A stretch of 64,000 nucleotides of DNA. Source: Dictyostelium discoideum. Its lineage: Eukaryota. The translations under genes were made by a program, and so were the position numbers. The notes beneath the pieces are model-generated. The model searched no databases and had not been told where the DNA came from. It saw nothing but the letters and a program-made list of their open reading frames with translations. Shown piece after piece: positions 1 to 13,643 of this stretch. The stretch is taken from assembly GCA_000004695.1 (NCBI GenBank), contig CM000153.2, positions 4,544,001 to 4,608,000 on the forward strand, given 5' to 3'. The stretch's first letter is position 1; each line of letters opens with the position of its first letter.

Positions 1-675
1 AAAAAAAAATTATAAAATAATTAAATTATTTATTTATATTTATTTAATTATTTATTTATTTATTTATTTGTTTTTTAATTTATATTTTTTTAAAAAAAAA
101 AAAAAAATGAAATTTATTAAAATCCAGATTTCAAAGATGTTACAAAGTATTAATTGTTATTATTATTATTATTAATTAAAAAAAAAAAAAAAAAAATTTA
201 TGAATAGTTTTTTGTTTTTATATGCAAAAACGCACTGGGATTAAATTTAAAAAAAAAAAAAAAATAAAATAAAAAAAAATAAAAAAAATAAAAAAAAAAC
301 AAAATTGAGCTGGTGGAAATTTCAATTCGTTTTTGTTGCGAACACCCAAACAAAAAAAAATAAAAATTTTTGTAAAAACGGTTGGGTCTAAGACAAATCA
401 CACTAAAATATTTTTTTTTTCTTTTAAAAAACCACACCACAAAATTTAATAATGGCGACAAAATGAAAATGAGACCTAAAAAAAATAAAAAAAAATATTA
501 TTTGTGTTTCGTGTTTACATTTATTATTTTTTATTATTATTTCTTTTTTGATACTTTTTTAGTTGTTTCTTTTTTTGGTTTTTTAGAATTTGGAGTTGTT
601 TGAGTCTTCTTCTTAATTCTTGTTCTCCTTTAAAAAAAAAAAAAAAAAAATTAAAAAAAGGATAAAATTAATATA

Positions 676-1405
676 TTAATATGAAACGTTTCTGGAAAAA
701 ATAAAAAAAAATAAAATAAATAAATATCCATACTTATTACCCATCCATTCTTCAACTTTAGTTTTTGAAATCTTTGAAATTGAAGCTAAAAATATTTTAT
801 CACTATACATTGGATATGGTTGATTATTATTTGCTTCATACCATCTATTTAAGTTAATATCAACTTTTCTTTTCTTTTTACCTAATGAATGTTGTTTATT
901 AATATTTGAAGCAATTATGGGTGAGGTTGAATTTGCAGCGGCAGCAGCAGCGGCAGCAGCAGTCATTGAAGCATTTGAATCAATATTAATATTTTGATTA
1001 AAAACATTTTGAATTTGATCAAATACTCGAGCTCTTAATCCACATTTAACTTTTAAGCATGATAATTCATTATACTTTATATGAAATAGTAAAAATGTTT
1101 CAACTTCTTTTGGCTTGGAAATAAAAATTATAAAAAAATAATAATAAAAAAAAAAAAAAAAATTAAATATCAATATTAATTATTATAAAAATAAAAATAA
1201 TACATACATAACTACCAGGTGGGAATACATTAATTATTTGATTTTTTCTAAAATTAAATTCTTCTTCAATCTTTTTAATTTCCATTTCAAAAGATTCCCT
1301 TAGAGGTAAAATTAAACTTTCAAAGTATTGATTCTTTTTTTCATCTGGTGTATGTAAATCTTGTTCTTTTAAAAAATCATCAACACTAAAATTGAGATTT
1401 TTCAT
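676..1405 (-). CDS. Hypothetical protein, at least 2 exons: join(676..1113,1208..1405). Intron 1114..1207 has donor GTATGTA and acceptor CCAAG. A possible further donor GTAATAAGT after ...EEWMG suggests the true 3' end may lie elsewhere. Family not recognised.
   Basis: Two minus-strand ORFs (1163..1405 and 676..1173) are in phase when joined across a GTATGT...AG intron. Coding composition is clearly richer than the poly-A/T flanks. There is a poly-Ala/Ser run. I recognise no domain. Confidence 0.45.
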
Positions 1406-2999
1406 ATCATTTAAATCTAATTTAATAATAGGGAGGGCCCCCCATCCCGGTGATGCCCCTAATAATTCTTGTTTTTTTTCTTTGTCGTTGTTTTTTTGTA
1501 TATAAATCTAATCAAAAAAAAAAATATTATTACTTTAATTTTAATTTTATTACACTGAATTTTTGTATTTGTTAATGTTGTATTTGCTATTTGTAAAATA
1601 ATATTTTATGGGTGAATTTTCTTTCATTTTATAGTTTATTTTTTTGAACTTTTATAAAAAAAAAAATTAATTAAAAATTAAAAAAAAAAAAAAAAAAAAA
1701 TGTTAACAAAAATACTAAGAACTGTTATCTGTATTGATTTCTATTTTAAAATATATTGTTGCTGTGAATCTTTGAAAAAAACTAAATTAATAAAAATTGT
1801 TGTTGTGTGGTAAAAAAAAAAAAAAGAAAAAAAAAAAGAAAAAAAAAAAAAAATTAATTGTTTTTTTGATTATTTGCAGGATAGGGAAAATATCTCAAAT
1901 TTTTTAATAATGGGAATTGTTTTTTTTTTTAATTTGTATTATTTTTTTTTTCTTTTCCAAAAACATTTTTTTTATTCCTACCACTAAAATTAAAAATTAT
2001 AATTTTTTAAATTAAAAAAGGATAAACTTGATTTTAATATTATTATTTTTGATAAAAGAAAAAAAAATAAAAAAAAAAAAATGAAATAAAACTTTCGTGT
2101 TTTTTCTTTTAGTCATTTCAAAACTTTTTTCTAACTCATAAAACCAAGCAAATTTTTTTTTTAAAAAAATTAATTATTAACCATTGCACAATTTAATAAG
2201 AATTTTTAGGTGTAATAAAAAAAGAAAAAAAAAAAAAATTAAAAATAATTTAAAAAAAAAAAACAGTTTATATTTTTTTTTCCTTTTATGGAATAAGTAA
2301 GTATTTTTTTTTTTTTTTTTTTTTTAAAGTCGTTTTTTGTTTTTTTAAATTTATTTATTTATTTATAATAAAAATATTAAAAATAAAATAAAATAAAATA
2401 AAATAAAAAAAAAAAAAAAAGTTTAAATCAAGAAAAAAAAAAAAACAACAAATAAATCAAAAAAAAAAAAAAAAAAAAAAAACAAAAATAAAACAAAACA
2501 AAACAAAACAAATAAACCAAACAAGATTTAACACTTTAGTTTATATGTAAGAAAGTTTTTTTTTATTGTTAAATTCCATAGTTTTTTTTTATTTTTTTTT
2601 TTTATTTTTATTTTTTTTAAATTAATTTTTTTTTTCTTAGTATATAGGTGGTAAGATATTTTTTTATTTTAAAATCTAAGAAAAAAAAAAAATATCTTTG
2701 AACATTTTTCTCATTTTTTTCAAACTTTTAATTAAAGGATCTCAATTGCGTGTTAATTTTTAATTTTAAATTTTTTTTTTTTTTACTTTACCATCCCTTT
2801 TTTATTTATATCTCCTTTTTTATTAGTTTCTCCTAAATTATTTTAAAATTAAACCAATGTTTAAAATTATTATTTGTAATAGCATATTTAATTATATCCC
2901 AAATATTTCTAAATTTGGTTATTCATTTTTAATTTAATTTTTTTTTTTTTTTTTTTTTTTATCTTTGTTTCCTCCTTTTTTTTTATTTTTTTATTTTTC

Positions 3000-3037
<38 letters not shown>

Positions 3038-3449
3038 ATAAATAGAAAATCCATTTAAAGGTAAATTATTAAATCATAATAAGATTCCAAAAACAGAAAA
3101 AAAAATATTATAATCGATTGTATCTTATTGATTTTTTTTTCAATAGATTAATCTTTGTTTTTACTTTACATAATCATTGTTTTTATCATTATTTTAAAAA
3201 ATATTAGATTCACTTTTAAAAATACAAATAAAAATAAAAAATAAAAATAAAAAAAAATATTATAAATATTTGTCAGATTTTAAAATTAAGATTAAAATTA
3301 AAATTAAAATTAAAAATTAATTATAAAATGTATTTCGATACACTTATTACTTAAATAATAATTTATAAAATATTATTTTATATTTTTAAAAATACATTTA
3401 AAAAGATTAATATCAATTTAAAATAGAATGATCACCCAAATCTCATTGG

Positions 3450-3482
<33 letters not shown>

Positions 3483-5308
3483 ATTATATAAAATTGTATA
3501 AAATTAAAATTATAAATTTAAATTTAAATTTAAATATATTTGTTTGAATCAAATTTAACATCATCCAAATTACACATTCTACAGATATTAATAATTTGTA
3601 AATTTCCAATAAAAAGAAAGAAATAAACCTCTTGTTATTAAAATTTTTTGAATAAATAAATTTTCTTATTTTACAAAAAAAAAAAAAAAAAAAAAATCAA
3701 TTAACCACACAAATATCTACCACTACAACTACCAACAACATGGTGGATATTTGGGTGGTTTGTATGTAAAGTTTGTAAATTACCTCTTTTGGTAGTTTTT
3801 TTTATTTTTATTTTTTTTATTTTTTTTCCTGCTTTGTTCATGTGTGTGTGTGGGAAGGGGTTGACCCTTTTTACTATTAATTTTGTATTTTATTATCTTT
3901 TTTTAATATCAATAACAACACTATGATCACGCCTATAATTTTTTTTTTTTATATACAAATCCACTCTGGTTGGCTATAAACTTTACAATATTTATATATA
4001 TGTGTTTGATTTTATCTGTTTTTTTTTCAATTTAAATCCATATTATAGTAAAATAAAATATTAAATAAAATTTTTATTTTTAAAAAAAAAAAAAAAAAAA
4101 GAAAATCAAAAAATAGAGGTTGAAAAACAATTTCAAATTTATATAAATATCATAAATCTATTTTTTTTTTTTTTTTTTCTTTTTTTTTCCCCCAGACCGT
4201 GCTTTTAATCAAACAAATTATTTTACTTTTTATTAATAATTTTAAAAAAAGTAATAATTATTTTTTTTTTAAATAATTTGACACAACAAATATACCAATA
4301 AATATTGCACATGTGTTTTTGTTTGTTTTTTTTTTTAAAATTTATTTTGAAATTAAATCTTTTTTATAATAATTTATTTTAAAATTTTATATATAAATTT
4401 TTTTTTTTTTTTTTTTATAATTTGTTTATTTATTTTACTTTACTCTATACTTTTTTTTTTTTTATTTTTTTATTTTTTTTTTTTATCATTTTAATAAAAC
4501 TAAAATTTATTTATTTATTTAATAAAATATATTTTTATATTTGTAAAATATTAATCAATATTAACTTTTTTTTTTTTTTTTTCCGACTTCAAATAGATTC
4601 TAAAAAAGGTAGGTTTTTTTTTTTTTTTTTTTAGAAATCAAAAGTTGCAAGTTGGAATTCAACGTTAGAATTAATTTTATTTATTTTATTTTTTTTTTTT
4701 TTTTTTTAATTTTTATTTTTTTTTTTTTACTAATTTTGGTTATATAAAAAATTTTTTTTTTTTTTTTTGTAATTTTGGTTTTTAAAAAAACAAATTTGTA
4801 TTTTTTTAAAAAAAACATTTAAAAAAAAGTAAAATATTGGAAGTACAAACACATTCTATTATTAGACATGGCAACATTTATTTCATCATTATAAAATAAT
4901 TACAAAAAAAAAAATTCCTTTTACATTTTTTTTTTTTTTTTTTTTTATCCAAAAAAATAAAAAAAATTAAATTAAATTTAATTATGTACGTTTGATTAAT
5001 TAATTATAACAATAAATTGTGTGTGTGTGTGTTAATTGACTCTTAATAAATTTGTAGATCAAATTAATAATTAAAAAAATAAAAAAATTAAATAAAATAA
5101 AAAAAAAACAATAAAATACTGCTTTTTTATGCAATGAGTATTAGTTTATAATAATATAAAAAAAAAAATTTTGTCATCTAAAAGTAATGTGTGTGGATAT
5201 ATTTAGAAAGTTAATAGCAGTTAATAATAAAAATTTAATAATTACAAAAAATAAAAATAAAAATTAAAATCAAAATTAACCACCCAATGTTCGATGCCAC
5301 CAAAAAAA

Positions 5309-5342
<34 letters not shown>

Positions 5343-6416
5343 TATAAATTTAATAAAATAGAGAGAGTGTGATAGAGAAATAACCCTCATAACTTTCTTC
5401 GTCATTTTTATCATCATAAAAACACTGTTCCATAAAATAATAATAATTTTTAACTTATTTGAATAGAAAATATCACACATCAATATGGGATTTTTTTTTG
5501 TTTGTTTTTTACGGTTGATAAAAAGATATGCATAGCGTTCACACACACCCACACTAAAAAAAAAAGAAAAAAAAAAAAGGAAAAAAAAACACACAAAATC
5601 CCACACTTATTTCTCTTTATTATTATTATGTCTTTATTTTGACAATAAACTACTACCACCAACACACCATTGTGTGTGTGAGTGTGTGAACAAACAAATA
5701 ATGGGAATTAAAATAATAATAAATTTGAGTGCGAGACATATGGAGCATGTACTCCAAAAAACTTTTAATTTTTTTATTTTTTTTTTCATTTTTTTTTTTT
5801 TTTCAATTAATATTAAATATACTCACAAAAATAGAAAGAAAATGTTATTATGTTGTTATTAGTAGCAGCACTGTCTCACATTATAATTTAATTATTAAAT
5901 TTTTTTTTTTTTTTTTTTTTATTTTTTTAATTTTTTTAAAAAAAAAAAAAAAAAAAATAATTAAATAAAAAATGAATTAATTATTACTATTATTGTTATT
6001 CATAATTATAATTATATATCTCTTTCTATTTTTATTTTCTTTTCTCAATCATCCATCATACTATTTCATTTCATATAAAAAATAAAATAATAAAATAAAA
6101 AAATAAAAAAAATAAAAAATAAAAAATAAAAAATAAAATAAAATAAAATAAAATAAAATAAAATAATAAAAATAAAAATAAAATAAAACAAATAATAATA
6201 AAATTAATAAACCCCCTTTCAATAAATTTTTATTAATCTTTTAATAGGTACAACATCGATTATAGGTCGAACGAATTTTATTTTATTTTTTTGTACATAA
6301 ATGTATTTTTGTGTGTTTTATTCTCCATTTCATTTTATTAATTAAACATTGAACCATTTTTTCTATTTATTTTTTATACTATTTAAAGTAATTTTTTATA
6401 ACATCATTATTAACAA

Positions 6417-6420
<4 letters not shown>

Positions 6421-6487
<67 letters not shown>
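6421..6487. repeat. Uninterrupted A(67) homopolymer.
   Basis: Read directly from the sequence. Confidence 0.9.
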
Positions 6488-6492
<5 letters not shown>

Positions 6493-6616
6493 GGGGGGTT
6501 TTTGGGTAATAAATTTTTTAAAAAATTTTGGACCCCCCCCATATTTTGGGTAAAACCAAATAAGGGGGGCAAAAAAAAAATATTTTTTTTAAAAAAAAAA
6601 AAGGTTCCCCCCCCCC

Positions 6617-6659
<43 letters not shown>

Positions 6660-6740
6660 TTTTGGGGAATGGGGGTTAAGGGTTTTGGAAAAAAACCCAC
6701 CCAAAAAAATTTTTTTTAAAACTCCCCCCCCAAAAAAACC

Positions 6741-6776
<36 letters not shown>

Positions 6777-6798
6777 TTTTTCTATTCAATTTTTCTAT

Positions 6799-6830
<32 letters not shown>

Positions 6831-7259
6831 GGATTTTATATTTTTAAAAAAAATTTTAAAATAAGATATTAACCAAAAATTTATAATTTAAATAATAAAG
6901 ATAATTCTTATTCCAAATAATAATATATCATTAAAAATAATAACAATATTGAAGTAGTAATATTAATATAATAATCTTTTAAAAAAAAAAATTAAAAAAT
7001 TAAAAATTAAATATTTTATTTATTTATTTATTTTTTTTTTTTTTTGTTTATAAAATTCCAAAACACATTTTAAATTTATAAAATACATTTTATTTTATTT
7101 TTCTTCAACCTTTTATAATTATTTAAAAAAAAAATAATTTAATACTAAAATTATAAAATTGGTTCAAAATATTCAATAATTTCAACATCAACCACTACTA
7201 TTCCTTCAACACCACATTATAATTCATTAAATAAACAATATACAAAATCAAAGTCATCT

Positions 7260-7693
7260 TTGAATTTAAATACCAGTAATTTAAATAATAATAATAATAA
7301 TAATAATAAAATGAATAATATTAATAACAACAATAATAATAATTATTATCAAGATAGAAATGGTGGAGGTGGACCAAATAATAATACAAATAATAATAAC
7401 CACCAAAACCATCATCACAATAATAATCATACTCACCATAATAATCATAACAACAGCCATCATCATCATCATCATCAACAAATATCAACTCAATTCTCTG
7501 GTCCAATTCCAATCACATTTTTATCAATTTTAAAAGAAGGTAAAATTCAATTGGGTGAAATTTCAAATTCTTGGGGTGAAAATGGAGATTGGCTATTAAG
7601 ATCTTTAGTAATGGCAATAAATCAAATGTTATCTGTAAATGATCAGGTATGTATTATTTATTTTATTTAATTAATTATATTTAATTTATTAAT

Positions 7694-7755
<62 letters not shown>

Positions 7756-8572
7756 TTGATAATATTAGTTTCCAAATAACCATTCTCAATTTTTACCAGA
7801 ACATATGAAATTACCCATGATTACCATTGAAGGATATATCTCTAGAATTATAAAATATTCGCCATGTTCAAAAGAATGTTTCATCATTATATTAATGTAT
7901 ATTGATAGATTAATTCAAAAAAGAAATTTCATTGTAAATAGTTATAATATCCATAGAATTTTAATCACCTGTGTTTTGGTTGCTGCAAAATATTTAGATG
8001 GTAATTATTGAAATAATAAATAATATTATAAATAACAACAATAATAATATACATTAATATTATTACTATTATTAAGGAATATATATTAATACTAACATAA
8101 TAATTATTTTTTATTTTTTATTTTAAAAAAAAAAGATATTTTTTATAATAATCAATTTTATTCCCAAGTTGGAGGTGTTAGTGTTAAAGAAATTAATGTG
8201 ATGGAATTAGATTTCTTAAAATTATTATCATTCGATGTCAGTGCAAATACTGATGTGTATTCTGTATATTTAGAATTCTTTGAAAAATACACTAAAAAAT
8301 TACAATTGAGTTTAAACTTTCAACCAAATACCAAACTATTACCATCCCCAATCCCAATTGAAAACCTTGTAAATACTAAAAAAAACAATAATCATACAAA
8401 CATTAATAATATTATGAATAATATTAATAATAATAATAATAATAATACCACTACCACATCATCTAATAAAAATATAACCCCAATTGTAAATAATAATAAC
8501 AATAACAATAATGCTTCAAGTAATATTATACTCAAAACAAATAGATCAAATAGTATTAGTAGTATTGAACAA

Positions 8573-8640
<68 letters not shown>

Positions 8641-8764
8641 TACTAATAATAATAATAATAATAGTAATGAAGAAGAAGAAACGAATTCTGGAGATAATTC
8701 AAAAAACAATAGCAATAATTCCACCTATCACCATCTTCCATTTCGATATCCACTCGTTGCCTAA
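7260..8764 (+). CDS. Pho80-like (PHO85-type / cyclin-U-like) cyclin. 3 exons: join(7260..7646,7769..8000,8136..8764). Donors GTATGT and GTAATT. Acceptors TAG at 7766..7768 and AG at 8134..8135. Asn/His-rich N-terminus and poly-Asn C-terminal tail.
   Basis: The spliced product reads ...SVNDQ|FPNNHSQFLPEHMKLPMITIEGYISRIIKYSPCSKECFIIILMYIDRLIQ...HRILITCVLVAAKYLDD|IFYNNQFYSQVGGVSVKEINVMELDFLKLLSFDVS. This is the signature of the Pho80/PCL cyclin box (Pfam Cyclin PF08613): IT...Y..RI.KY, YIDR and AAKYLDD..YNN.YY..VGG....E.N..E..FL. Frames are consistent (frame 0 to frame 2, with a phase-1 second intron). Confidence 0.8.
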
Positions 8765-9268
8765 ACTATTAAGTTTTGATTTTATTAAAAAATTTAAATC
8801 AAAACCACAAAATCAATAACAAATAATATTTATTAATTAAATTGATTAATTAAATATTTCAATTAATTTTTTAAAAAATAATAATATCAACAACACACAG
8901 TATTGATGGTTCGATCATCTTATTTTTTTTTTTTACCTCCTCCTCCCTTCTTTAAATATTATATATATATATATATATATAAACCATTTTTTTTTTAAAT
9001 CAATTCAATTTTTAATAACCAATATCATTTTTTACTTCTCTTCCTCCCTCCATCTTTTGTCTATAAAAAAAAAAAAAACCTTTTTTTTTTTCCCAAATTA
9101 AACAATTATTAAAAAAAAAACAAATAAAAAAATTAATTCTAAAAATATATATTTCTTTTTTTTAAAAAAAATTATTTCTATTTATATATATAATAATGTA
9201 TCAAATTTATTTATTTTTATTTTATTTTATTTTATTTTTTTTTTGATTATTAAAATTAATTATTTATT

Positions 9269-11238
9269 CTAATCTCTTGGAGCACCACCATCTTCAGCTT
9301 CTAATTGTGCTCTTAATTCATTTAAATCGTGATCGTCGTCTTGAGTTGGTAAATAAAAGTATGGATTATCTAAACTTGGTCTGAATTGATAACTAAAGAT
9401 AAAATAAAATATGTAATGTCAGTACTATATTAATTTTTTTAAAATCTTAAGAAAAAAAAAAAAAAAAAAAAAAAAAAAACTTTGACTTACCCAGTAATAC
9501 AATAAAAAGCAAAAGAAGCAGTTAATGAAAAGAATTCACCTAACCAAATATATTTGTATGGAAGTGTTGCTTTTAATAAATAAATAATAACACGAGTGAA
9601 ATATAAATAACAAATTACAACCAAATAAAAGGATCTAAATAATCTTAATTTTTGAATATTTTTAACAACTAAAATAAATAAATATAATAATTAGTATAAT
9701 ATTTCTTCCATAATAATAATAATAATAAATACTAATTATTATTATTATTGATTATTAATTATTAATTATTAATTATTAATTATTAATTATTATTACCTTT
9801 ATCATTATTTGAATCAACACTATCTTTAAGATGATTCATTGACCAAACGATTGGAACAATTATAGCTAAACAACAAATTAAATCAACGAAAATGAAAATA
9901 TTACTCCAACTAATCCAATTTGCAGCACCTCTTGATTCTTCATCCACAACGATTAATGCAATATTATCTAAAATTTGTAATGGAATGACAATCATAAATA
10001 TCTTTTTCTCTTTATCTGAAAGGAAGGGTTTAATAAAATACCATCCTGATCCAATCATAGCTAAAAGAATAATGAAAAATGAACCTTGTGCAAATGCAAA
10101 TATATAATATGCTACATTCCATCCATTTGCTGATCCTGTTAATTTAATATAATGTTGTTCAATCTTTGTTGGGGAAAAAATAAAAATATTTAATATTTAA
10201 TATTAATATTAGTAATAATATTATTATTTTTAATAATTATAATTAATAATACACTTACAGCTTCAAATAATAATTCAATAGCTTGAATGACTAAATATGC
10301 TGTACAAAGATGGTGAAGTAAGTTTACTCTTTTACCCTCACCTCTGAGGCAGAATAAAACCCATACTAATGCTGTTGCAAATAATAATAATGAAAAAAAT
10401 GTATAAAGTGTTGGTAATGGAGCATTACCTATTGGGAGCCATGAAATACCTCCCTTTGAATCAATATTATATTCTTCTAAAACTAACTAAAAATATTATT
10501 ATTATTATTATTAATATTGCAAACTTTTTATTTTATATTGGATATTAGATATTAGATATACATACTTTAAAAGTTGTTTTTGAAGGTGAAGGATTACAAT
10601 TTTTATAATATAATGTATAAAAACCTTCTGGTAAATCGTTTTCAGCTGAAATTTTAAATTGTTGTGAGAATGAATCATCAATAACATTTGAATCACCTCT
10701 AAATAAGAGACTTGGACTCTCACTTTCAAAATCACATTTTGTAACACTATATTCATCTACATGTCTTGCTGTATCTGAATCTGTTATACGTAAAAAAAAT
10801 GCTACCTTATCATCTACTTTGGTTTTTTTACCATCTCCATTATTTAACTAATTGAAAAAAAAAAAATAATAAAAAAATAAAAACAAAATAAAAAAAATAA
10901 AAAAAAGTTAATAAATATACACACAAATACTCTCCCTCTCTTTCTTTCTCTTTCTCTTTCTCTTTCTCTTTCTCTTTCTCTTTCTCTTTCTCTTTCTCTT
11001 TCTCTTTCTCTTTCTCTTTCTCTCTTTTTTTTTTTTATTGAAAAAATTATATATATATAAAACTTACAGTCCAATTTGTTACTTTAATTGAGAATGTACC
11101 TTTATCACCAAAACCAAAACCTTCAATTGCAAATAATTTTCTATCATCATTATTAACTTCTAAATGATGTTTATATGCGTTTATAATTCCAAGAAATAGG
11201 AAAAATAGTACAACTATTTTATTTATATTACTTTTCAT
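9269..11238 (-). CDS. GPR107/GPR108 (LUSTR, 'lung seven-transmembrane receptor') family multi-pass membrane protein. Multi-exon, at least 6 exons. First exon 11068..11238 carries the signal peptide. Last exon 9269..9393 ends in ...DGGAPRD*.
   Basis: N-terminal signal peptide MKSNINKIVVLFFLFLGIINA followed by donor GTAAGT. An internal exon reads ISWLPIGNAPLPTLYTFFSLLLFATALVWVLFCLRGEGKRVNLLHHLCTAYLVIQAIELLFEA. This matches the LUSTR core pattern (LS.....PLP.LY...W...(I/L)H.L..A...(I/L)E) as I recall it. Several further hydrophobic TM exons are linked by GTAAG...TTTAG introns. Exon boundaries other than the first and last are approximate. Confidence 0.65.
10931..11026. repeat. (TCTCTT)n, about 16 units. 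Pyrimidine-rich microsatellite in the first intron of the GPR107-like gene (sense strand reads (AAGAGA)n).
   Basis: Direct reading. It gives the spurious RERERE... ORF 10844..11074. Confidence 0.9.
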
Positions 11239-11857
11239 CGTTTGTTCTAAATATATATTTTTTTCATATAAAAAAAAAAAAAAAAATTGAAAAAAAATAA
11301 AAGGAATCTTTTTTTTATTTTTTTTTTTTTTTTTAATTTTTTTTTTTTTTTTTTTTTTTTGTTTTTAATTTTAATTTTAAAATTTCTCAAAATATTGTGT
11401 TGGTTAACCTACGTCAGGTATAAGTACGATAAAAAGAAAAAAAATAAAAAAAAATATATATAAATAAAAGATAAATTTTTTTTTTTTTTTTTTATTATTG
11501 TTTTTATTTTTTTATTTTATTTTAATTTTTTTCTTATCATGTAAAAAAAAATTATTTTAAAAATAAAAAATAATAAAAAAAAAAATAAAAAAAAAATAAA
11601 AAATAAAAAAAAGATGGAAAAACACACCATCCCAATTTATATTTTTAAAATAACCAAAATTATATAATTATTAAAATTAAGATATTTTGTAATTTGGTAT
11701 AAACACCATGAAAAAAAAAAAAATAAAAAAATAAAAATATGAACCTGAAAATATTTTAAAATTTGTTGAACCTGTAAAAAATTGAGATTGTATGTCTATT
11801 TATAAAACTTAAATTAAATTAAATTTAGATTTCTTTTTTAAATATTTATTTTTTTAT

Positions 11858-12528
11858 TTATTCAAATTTACAATTTTCATAACCTTTTGATTTTAAAAAT
11901 TCTTTAACTTTTTGAAGTGAACGAGTACGATGAGAAATTGTATTTTTAATTGATTTATCCATTTCTGCATAAGTTTCTTTGTAACCATCTGGTTGGAATA
12001 CAGGGTCCCAACCGAAATTACGTGGACCACGTGGTTGTACGATGATACCATCGGTTTTACCAGCGAATACGATTGGTTCTGAATCTGGTCCTTCTGAAAA
12101 AGCGAAATTACATAATGCATATGCACTCTTATCTTCCCAAGCATCTAATAATTTATATAATCCTTCTGGTTCTAATTTATCTAAAAACCATTTAACATAT
12201 GGTCCTGGTAATCCTTTTAATGCATTAAAACATAAACATGTATCCTCAACTAATACTGGTCCTCCAACTTCTCTTGCTGCAATTTTACATTTTTCAATTG
12301 AAATATCAATTGGATCACCTTGTAATTCTGGTACTAAATATTGTTTAATTATTATTTATTATTATTATTTATTTTTTTAATGTGTTTCTTTTTTTTTTTT
12401 TAAAACAAAAATACTTTACAATCAACTTTTTTTGATTCAATTGGGAATGATGTACCTAAAATTTGTAATGCTTCTTCAAGTTTTTTTGCATTTCCTGTAA
12501 CAAAAACAATCTTTTTACTAATACTCAT
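11858..12528 (-). CDS. itpa: Inosine triphosphate pyrophosphatase (ITPase / HAM1 family). 2 exons: join(11858..12333,12420..12528). Intron 12334..12419 has donor GTAAAG and acceptor AG.
   Basis: The spliced product is [36 protein letters not shown]|[82 protein letters not shown]...[41 protein letters not shown]. It is near-collinear with human ITPA ([63 protein letters not shown]). Confidence 0.9.
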
Positions 12529-12548
12529 TTTTTACCTCTAAAAATCTG

Positions 12549-12598
<50 letters not shown>

Positions 12599-12827
12599 AT
12601 TGAAAAATTAAAAAAAAAAAAAAAAAAAAAATTGTTGGGAAAATAAAAAAAATTGGGAAATAAATCAAAAAAAGCTATTTTTATTAATTAAATAGGGTTA
12701 TGGATTGTTTATTTTCTATAAAGAAGCCAATTTGAATAAACATTTGAATAAACATTGTTTATATTCCAATATTATTCAAATTGGTTTTAAAAAAATATAA
12801 ACAAACAAATAACCTAATTCATTAATA

Positions 12828-12882
<55 letters not shown>

Positions 12883-13287
12883 ATACATTTTTTTAAAAAA
12901 AAAAAATTAAAAATAAAAATAAAAAAACTATTTTTTCTAAGATCGAAAAGAGATTATGTTTAATAAATTTCTTTTTGTAACATAAATAATTTTTTTTTTT
13001 TTGGTGTGTGAGGTAAATTCTTCTTTTAGTTAGATAGATGTCTATCTGTTTATCTGTGTGGTGCATGTGTATTTTTTTGTAAATATTATGATAACTGAAT
13101 ATACAAATGTCTGCTACCAGAAGACAAACCAACTTTTTTTTTTTATTATTATTATATGATTAAAAATTGACATGGATGGTTTGTGTGTGCACGTGTTTTT
13201 GCAAAAGTAAAATAATATTTTAAACTAACATCACTTTTTTGTGAAAGGAGATTTTAATTTAAATAACCTATAAATAGTAGATTATAA

Positions 13288-13325
<38 letters not shown>

Positions 13326-13574
13326 TTATTTATTCTGTGCACTCACAATTTTCTTTTTTTTTTTATAAATATAAATTAACTGTTTCCCCCACTCTTTTTA
13401 ATCAATTTACAAAAAAAAAAAAAAAAGATTGACAAACTTTAAAAAAAAATAAAAAATAAAAAATAAAAAAAAAATAAAATTAAAAAACACAAAAAAAAAA
13501 CAAAAAAAAAAAAAAAAATATTTTTTTTTTTCAAACCTCCATTATTCGTTTTAATTAATATATTATTCCAAAAC

Positions 13575-13609
<35 letters not shown>

Positions 13610-13643
13610 TTAAAAACCTTTTAAAAAAGTAAAAAAAAAGAAA

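Noticed and set aside
198-603. ORFs 198..461(-) and 382..603(+) rich in F/K/Y.
   Set aside because: They are translations of poly(A)/poly(T) spacer. No codon structure, low complexity only.
4422-5968. ORFs 4422..4634, 5235..5606, 5480..5665, 5674..5862 and 5729..5968 in the 5.7-kb spacer upstream of the cyclin gene.
   Set aside because: Poly-Phe/Ile/Lys strings from A/T homopolymers. Isolated ATG...GTATGT at 3742..3772 was also considered as a micro-exon, but no downstream exon supports it.
7281-7512. Minus-strand ORFs overlapping cyclin exon 1.
   Set aside because: Antisense readings of the (AAT)n/(CAT)n coding repeats. The sense strand has the recognisable cyclin.
8392-8819. ORFs 8392..8724(-) poly-Leu and 8511..8819(+) poly-Ile.
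   Set aside because: Alternative-frame or antisense translations of the (AAT)n tail of the cyclin gene.
10844-11074. ORF encoding (RE)n.
   Set aside because: It is the (TCTCTT)n microsatellite read in frame.
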